Shown here: piece by piece, positions 58,935-64,000 of the stretch
Numbering within the stretch: the stretch's first letter is position 1
Layout: every line of letters begins with the position of its first letter
From: Candidatus Pampinifervens sinense
GTDB lineage: Bacteria; Aquificota; Aquificia; Aquificales; Aquificaceae
Direction: 5' to 3'
NCBI GenBank assembly: GCA_037927135.1
Contig: JAXSPP010000006.1
Span: forward strand, 1 to 64,000
Length of the DNA: 64,000 nucleotides
The notes under the pieces: model-generated
The model's input: the letters and a program-made list of their open reading frames with translations, nothing else
Databases searched by the model: none
What the model was told of the DNA's origin: nothing
Program-made: the position numbers and the translations under genes

Positions 58935-61144
58935 AAACTTTTGAGCTGTATGGCCTTAAAGAAGAAGAATATAAAAGAATAGTAGAGAGGATTGGAAGGG
59001 AGCCAAACAGCGTAGAACTTGGCATCCTTGGAGCCCTATGGTCAGAGCATTGCTCTTACAAGTCTTCTAAGGTACATCTTAAAAAGTTTCCTACAAAGGC
59101 AAGCTGGGTGGTTCAGGGTCCTGGTGAAAATGCGGGTGTGGTAGAGCTGGACCAAAGGGTTTGGCTTGCCTTCAAGGTGGAGAGCCACAACCATCCATCC
59201 TACATAGAACCCTTCCATGGCTCTGCTACTGGTGTGGGGGGAATAATAAGGGACATACTTTCCATGGGTGCAAGGCCCATAGCCCTTGTAGATTCTTTGA
59301 GGTTTGGCTTGCCCATTGACAAAAGGATAGTAAAAGGAGTGGTAAGAGGCATTTCCCACTATGGCAACTGTGTAGGCATTCCAACAGTGGCTGGAGAGAC
59401 ATACTTTGAAGAGTGCTACAAAACAAACCCATTGGTCAATGCCTTTTGTCTTGGAATTTTGCCAGCTGGGAGGATGCTTAGGGCAAGGGGAAAGGCGGGA
59501 GACCTTCTTTTCTTGCTTGGATCCGCAACGGGTAGGGATGGCATACATGGGGCCGTTATGGCTTCTGGTGAGTTTGATGAAAGCTCTGAGGAAAAGCTTT
59601 CCAACGTGCAGGTGGGAGATCCATACTTTGGCAAAAAGCTCATAGAAGCCCTTTTGCAGATAATTGAGGAAGGCCTTATATCTGGCCTTCAGGACCTTGG
59701 TGCAGCTGGCCTTTCGGGTTCGGCTTCAGAGCTTGCAAGCAAGTCCAAGTGCGGTGTGGAGCTTTGGCTAGAGAGAGTACCCCTAAGGGAAGAAAATATG
59801 AAACCCTTTGAGATACTACTTTCCGAAAGCCAGGAGAGGATGTTGCTTGTCACTCAAGAGGACAAGGTAGAAAGGCTAAAGGAGATTGCCAAGTTTTACC
59901 ATCTTGAGGGGGAGGTGGTAGGAAGGCTAACAGAAGATGGAGTCTTCAGAGCCTACTATAAGGGTGAGCTTGTGGCAGAGCTTCCGGTGAGTCTAATAGT
60001 GGATGAAGCACCAGTCTATGAAAAGCCCTACAAAGAGCCAGAATATATAAAGACCTTGAGGTCCTTTGACCAAAGGGATCTTGCGGAGGTGGACATAAAA
60101 GAGTCTATTAAAAAGCTCCTTGCCTCTCCAAACGTCTGTTCAAAGGAATGGATATACAGCCAGTATGACCACCAGGTGGGCACAAACACGGTGATAAAGC
60201 CAGGCGGAGACTGTGCTGTGCTGAGGGTAAAATGGGTTGTGAGGCCAGAGTTAAGGAGCGACAAGCTTATAGCTATAACTTCGGAAGGCAATGGAAGGAT
60301 GGTCTTTTTGAACCCTTATGAAGGTGGCAAGTATATAGCGGCGGAAGCCCTAAGGAACCTTGCCTGTGTAGGTGCCAGGCCTTTAGGTATTACAGACTGC
60401 CTTAACTTTGGAAACCCAGACAGGCCGGAGATAATGTGGCAGTTGGTAAGGGCTATAGAGGGGATAGCGGAGGCTTGTGAGTTCTTTGGAGTGCCCATAG
60501 TGAGCGGGAATGTGTCCTTGTATAACGAAACGGTGGAGAGGGGAGAGATAAGGAACATATACCCCACACCCATACTGGTGGCCGTAGGTGCCATAGATAA
60601 AGGCAAGTTTGTGGACCATAGGTTCAAAGAAGAGGGGGACTTGGTGTTTCTTATAGGTGATATAAAAAGGGAGTTCTCCCTTGGAGGCAGTGAATTTCTA
60701 AAAGTAATCCATGGCAAGGTGTGCGGTGATGTGCCAGCCGTAGACCTAGAGAAAGAAAAGAGGCTTCACGAACTTCTTATAAGGCTTATTGAGGAGGACA
60801 TAATAAGGTCTGCCCATGATGTTTCTGTGGGTGGCCTTGCCATAGCCCTTCTTGAGTGCCTCTTTGGTAGCGGTCTTGGCATGGAGCTAAACCTCTACAT
60901 AGAAGACCGTCTTGACTTTTTCCTTTTCTCAGAAAACCCGAGCCTTGTGGTGGCAAGCGTAGAAAAGGAAAAGGTAGAAAGGCTAAAGGATGAGGTGGAG
61001 GCCTATGGCCTTGACTGGATGCTACTTGGTAGGGTAAATGAGAGTGGCCTCTTTACCCTTACCAACAACGAGGAGCTAATATTTGAAAGCAGTGTAAAAG
61101 AGCTTGAGGAGATATGGCAAAAGGCCTTAGAAAACATGCTTTGA
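58931..61144 (+). CDS. purL: Phosphoribosylformylglycinamidine synthase subunit PurL
   Basis: WSEHCSYKSS, GPGENAG, KVESHNHPS, DLGAAG, LSESQERM, DCLNFGNP. Confidence 0.97.
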   Translation: MKTFELYGLKEEEYKRIVERIGREPNSVELGILGALWSEHCSYKSSKVHLKKFPTKASWVVQGPGENAGVVELDQRVWLAFKVESHNHPSYIEPFHGSATGVGGIIRDILSMGARPIALVDSLRFGLPIDKRIVKGVVRGISHYGNCVGIPTVAGETYFEECYKTNPLVNAFCLGILPAGRMLRARGKAGDLLFLLGSATGRDGIHGAVMASGEFDESSEEKLSNVQVGDPYFGKKLIEALLQIIEEGLISGLQDLGAAGLSGSASELASKSKCGVELWLERVPLREENMKPFEILLSESQERMLLVTQEDKVERLKEIAKFYHLEGEVVGRLTEDGVFRAYYKGELVAELPVSLIVDEAPVYEKPYKEPEYIKTLRSFDQRDLAEVDIKESIKKLLASPNVCSKEWIYSQYDHQVGTNTVIKPGGDCAVLRVKWVVRPELRSDKLIAITSEGNGRMVFLNPYEGGKYIAAEALRNLACVGARPLGITDCLNFGNPDRPEIMWQLVRAIEGIAEACEFFGVPIVSGNVSLYNETVERGEIRNIYPTPILVAVGAIDKGKFVDHRFKEEGDLVFLIGDIKREFSLGGSEFLKVIHGKVCGDVPAVDLEKEKRLHELLIRLIEEDIIRSAHDVSVGGLAIALLECLFGSGLGMELNLYIEDRLDFFLFSENPSLVVASVEKEKVERLKDEVEAYGLDWMLLGRVNESGLFTLTNNEELIFESSVKELEEIWQKALENML

Positions 61145-61599
61145 TATATGTGGTCTTTGCTACAGCAGTCCTTTTTTTGGACCTTTCTACAAAAAAGATG
61201 GCTGAAGTCTACCTTGTAGAGAGGGACATGAGCCTTTTGCCCTTTTTGCACTTGGTGCTTGTATACAACAAAGGGGTTGCCTTTGGCCTTTTTTCTGAAG
61301 CTCCCGACTTTTTAAGGCTTCCTTTGCTTTTGGTAACACCCTTTTTGGCCTTAATCATTACCTTTCTTTACGCCATAAGGACAAAAGACATCTTTGTTAG
61401 CATACTTATGGGCATGGTGGGTGGAGGTGCTTTGGGGAACCTTTACGATAGGGTCTTTTTAGGAAAGGTGAGGGACTTTATATACTTCTCTTATGGAGGC
61501 CTCTCTTGGCCAGCCTTTAACCTGGCTGATGCCAGCATAAGCATAGCTATAGTGCTTTTACTTTTGAGAGGCCTCTTTCTAAAGACTGGAAAAGTATAA
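61114..61599 (+). CDS. lspA: Lipoprotein signal peptidase II
   Basis: DLSTK, NKGVAFG, GGALGNLYDR, VRDFI, PAFNLAD. Confidence 0.95.
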   Translation: MAKGLRKHALIYVVFATAVLFLDLSTKKMAEVYLVERDMSLLPFLHLVLVYNKGVAFGLFSEAPDFLRLPLLLVTPFLALIITFLYAIRTKDIFVSILMGMVGGGALGNLYDRVFLGKVRDFIYFSYGGLSWPAFNLADASISIAIVLLLLRGLFLKTGKV

Positions 61600-61626
61600 T
61601 TATCCTGTTTATATTATTCTATCTAT

Positions 61627-61899
61627 ATGATGGTGGAAAAGGTAGCCCACTTGGCAAGGATAAGGCTAACGGAAGAAGAGAAGGAATACTTTGAAAAACA
61701 GCTTCAGAGCATACTGTCCTTTGTGGAACAGCTCCAAGAGGTAGACACAGAAGGGGTGGAGCCTTTCACACCTTACTTTGATGAGACACCTATGAGAGAG
61801 GATGAGGTGGTAAAGGACTTTGATCCACAGCTTGTGTTAAGGCGGGCTCCACAGAGTAAGGATGGCTTCTTTGTAGTGCCAAGGGTTGTAGAATATTGA
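61627..61899 (+). CDS. gatC: Asp/Glu-tRNA amidotransferase subunit C
   Basis: [27 protein letters not shown]. Confidence 0.95.
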   Translation: MMVEKVAHLARIRLTEEEKEYFEKQLQSILSFVEQLQEVDTEGVEPFTPYFDETPMREDEVVKDFDPQLVLRRAPQSKDGFFVVPRVVEY

Positions 61900-61912
61900 G
61901 GAGAGTATAAAC

Positions 61913-62938
61913 ATGATGGTAGAGGAGACTCAAAAGGAGATATTGGAAAAGAAAAAGGCTCTTGAGAATGCCCTTGCCAGTATAGAAAGGCGTTTTGGAA
62001 AAGGTTCCATAATGCCCCTGAAGAATGCGGAAAAGGTCAAGGTGGATGTAATACCTACAGGCTCCATAGCCCTTGACATAGCCACAGGTATAGGGGGTAT
62101 TCCAAAGGGTAGAATTATTGAAATATTTGGTCCAGAGTCCTCTGGAAAGACCACTTTGGCCCTTCACATAATAGCCGAAGCTCAAAAGAGGGGAGGTATT
62201 GCGGTCTTTATAGATGCGGAACATGCCTTGGATCCAAAATATGCAGAAAAGATAGGTGTGGATACGGAAAACCTTTACATATCCCAGCCAGACTATGGAG
62301 AGCAGGCCTTAGAAATAGTAGAAAGTCTTGTGGCAAGCAATGCGGTGGATGTGATAGTGATAGATTCGGTGGCGGCTTTGGTGCCAAAGGATGAGTTGGA
62401 AGGTGAAATGGGTGAAGCCCATGTGGGCAAACAAGCAAGGCTTATGTCCCAAGCCCTAAGAAAGCTAAAGGGAATGGCCCATAAGGCTAACACGGCCATA
62501 ATCTTTATAAACCAGCTAAGGGAAAAGATAGGAGTCATGTTTGGAAACCCAGAGACCACACCTGGTGGAAGGGCCCTTAAGTTCTTTGCGGACATGAGGC
62601 TGGATGTGAGGCGTGTAGGTGAGGTAAAGGACGGTGGGGAAAAGATGGGCAATAGGGTAAGGGTGAAGGTGGTAAAGAATAAGCTGGCTCCACCTTTCCA
62701 AGAGGCTGAGTTTGATGTGCTTTACGGAGAAGGCATATGCAAGCTTTGTGATCTTATAGATGTGGCCACTGAGTTAAAAGTTATCAACAAAAGCGGTGCA
62801 TGGTATAGCTATGGAGACATAAGACTGGGGCAAGGCAGGGAACAAGCAAGGAAGTTTTTGATGGAAAACCCAGAGATAGCCCAAGAGATTGAGAGGAAGG
62901 TAAGGGAGGTTGCAGGCCTTGCTCCAGCTGATACTTAA
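61913..62938 (+). CDS. recA: Recombinase RecA
   Basis: [47 protein letters not shown]. Confidence 0.99.
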   Translation: MMVEETQKEILEKKKALENALASIERRFGKGSIMPLKNAEKVKVDVIPTGSIALDIATGIGGIPKGRIIEIFGPESSGKTTLALHIIAEAQKRGGIAVFIDAEHALDPKYAEKIGVDTENLYISQPDYGEQALEIVESLVASNAVDVIVIDSVAALVPKDELEGEMGEAHVGKQARLMSQALRKLKGMAHKANTAIIFINQLREKIGVMFGNPETTPGGRALKFFADMRLDVRRVGEVKDGGEKMGNRVRVKVVKNKLAPPFQEAEFDVLYGEGICKLCDLIDVATELKVINKSGAWYSYGDIRLGQGREQARKFLMENPEIAQEIERKVREVAGLAPADT

Positions 62939-64000
62939 AAGGGCCATAGAACTTGGAGCTTCCGACATACATCTGAAAACTGGAAGCCAGCCTGTAGTAA
63001 GGGTTAAAAAGAAACTTCAAAGGCTTGAGGACTTTCCACCCTTAGATGAAAAGGTTATGGATCTTATAGTGAGGGAGGTCCTTGAAAGGAATAGAAAGAA
63101 AATGGCAGAGTTTGAAGAGTTTGGAGAGGCGGACACTTCCTATTCCTTGCCTGGTGTGGCCCGTTTTCGTGTAAATGTGTATAAGCAAAGGACGAGCGTA
63201 GGCCTTGCCTTCCGTGTCATACCCTTTAATATACCTTCCTTTGAAAGCCTCAACCTTCCAGAGGTTATGAAAAGGGTGGTGCTTGAAAACACAAAGGGCT
63301 TGATCTTGGTGACAGGCCCTACAGGCTCTGGCAAATCCACCACCTTGGCAGCTCTTATAGACATAATTAACTCAACAAGGGAGGATGTTATCATCACCAT
63401 AGAGGACCCAATAGAGTATCTTTTCAGAGACAAGAAGTCCTTCATAGTCCAGCGGGAGGTGGGTATAGACACTTCTTCCTTTGCAAGGGGTCTGAGGGCT
63501 GCTTTAAGGGAAGACCCTGATGTGATAATGGTGGGAGAGATAAGGGATCCTGAAACGGCCCTCATAGCCCTTCAAGCTGCAGAGACTGGACACTTGGTTA
63601 TGTCCACCCTTCACACCCTTGATGCAAAAGAGACCATAAACAGGCTTATAGGCATGTTTAACCTTGAGGTAAGAGAGCAGATAAGGCTTCAGCTGGCCGA
63701 GACCCTTGTGGCCATATTTTCCCAAAGGCTGCTTCCAAGGGCGGATGGATCCGGTGTTATACCCGCTGTAGAGGTGCTCATAAACACAGCCTCAATAAGG
63801 GAGGCTATTATAGACCCGTCAAAGTTTGATGAGATACCACTTCTCCTTGAAAAGGGAAGGCCTGTCTATGGAACACAGCTCTTTGATCAACACCTTGAAG
63901 AGCTCTACAGAAAGGGACTCATAGACTACAACACAGCCATCAGGTATGCAAGCAGGCCAGCAGACCTTGAACTAAAACTAAAGGGAGTGGCCTCTGGTGG
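62919..64000 (+). CDS. Second PilT/PilU-family type IV pilus ATPase (3' end beyond the window)
   Basis: Read by hand: [78 protein letters not shown] start overlaps the recA end. Confidence 0.92.
   Translation, partial: MLQLILKRAIELGASDIHLKTGSQPVVRVKKKLQRLEDFPPLDEKVMDLIVREVLERNRKKMAEFEEFGEADTSYSLPGVARFRVNVYKQRTSVGLAFRVIPFNIPSFESLNLPEVMKRVVLENTKGLILVTGPTGSGKSTTLAALIDIINSTREDVIITIEDPIEYLFRDKKSFIVQREVGIDTSSFARGLRAALREDPDVIMVGEIRDPETALIALQAAETGHLVMSTLHTLDAKETINRLIGMFNLEVREQIRLQLAETLVAIFSQRLLPRADGSGVIPAVEVLINTASIREAIIDPSKFDEIPLLLEKGRPVYGTQLFDQHLEELYRKGLIDYNTAIRYASRPADLELKLKGVASG

Overview
This looks like a gene-dense chromosomal segment from a thermophilic Aquificaceae bacterium (Hydrogenobacter/Thermocrinis/Aquifex-like). 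That assignment is inferred from the protein-only RNase P (HARP), the archaeal-type ADH synthase, the stand-alone MnmC2 and a tRNA gene without encoded CCA. Most of the window is housekeeping: infC, pilT/pilC, ychF, fliG-fliH-fliI, proA, nadD, fabG, folK, class Ia ribonucleotide reductase, rimP-nusA-rlmD, a type A2 cytochrome c oxidase operon, Trk/Ktr, a MacAB/LolCDE-like ABC exporter, rpsB-tsf-pyrH-frr, tatBC, pyrD, LPS genes, an iscU/sulfur-relay operon, fabI, purL, lspA, gatC, recA and a second pilT paralogue running off the end. There is one tRNA-Phe(GAA), overlapped antisense by the mnmC2 3' end. Accessory DNA comprises a solitary AT-rich PD-(D/E)XK nuclease gene with a consensus promoter (37.5-38.0 kb) and a decaying cluster of secreted/membrane protein genes (41.3-43.8 kb). 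The best candidates for new biology are (i) a highly structured, switch-like 5' leader with a coupled 40-codon uORF in front of the aromatic-pathway entry enzyme AroA', (ii) the convergent RNA ligase (Rnl3)-HARP pair, (iii) the orphan nuclease, (iv) an IscU/PP-loop sulfurtransferase/TusA/Nfu operon with an FNR/DNR-like box, and (v) pervasive leaderless-type gene starts. I saw no CRISPR array, transposase or prophage. All family assignments come from motif recognition by eye; no searches were run.
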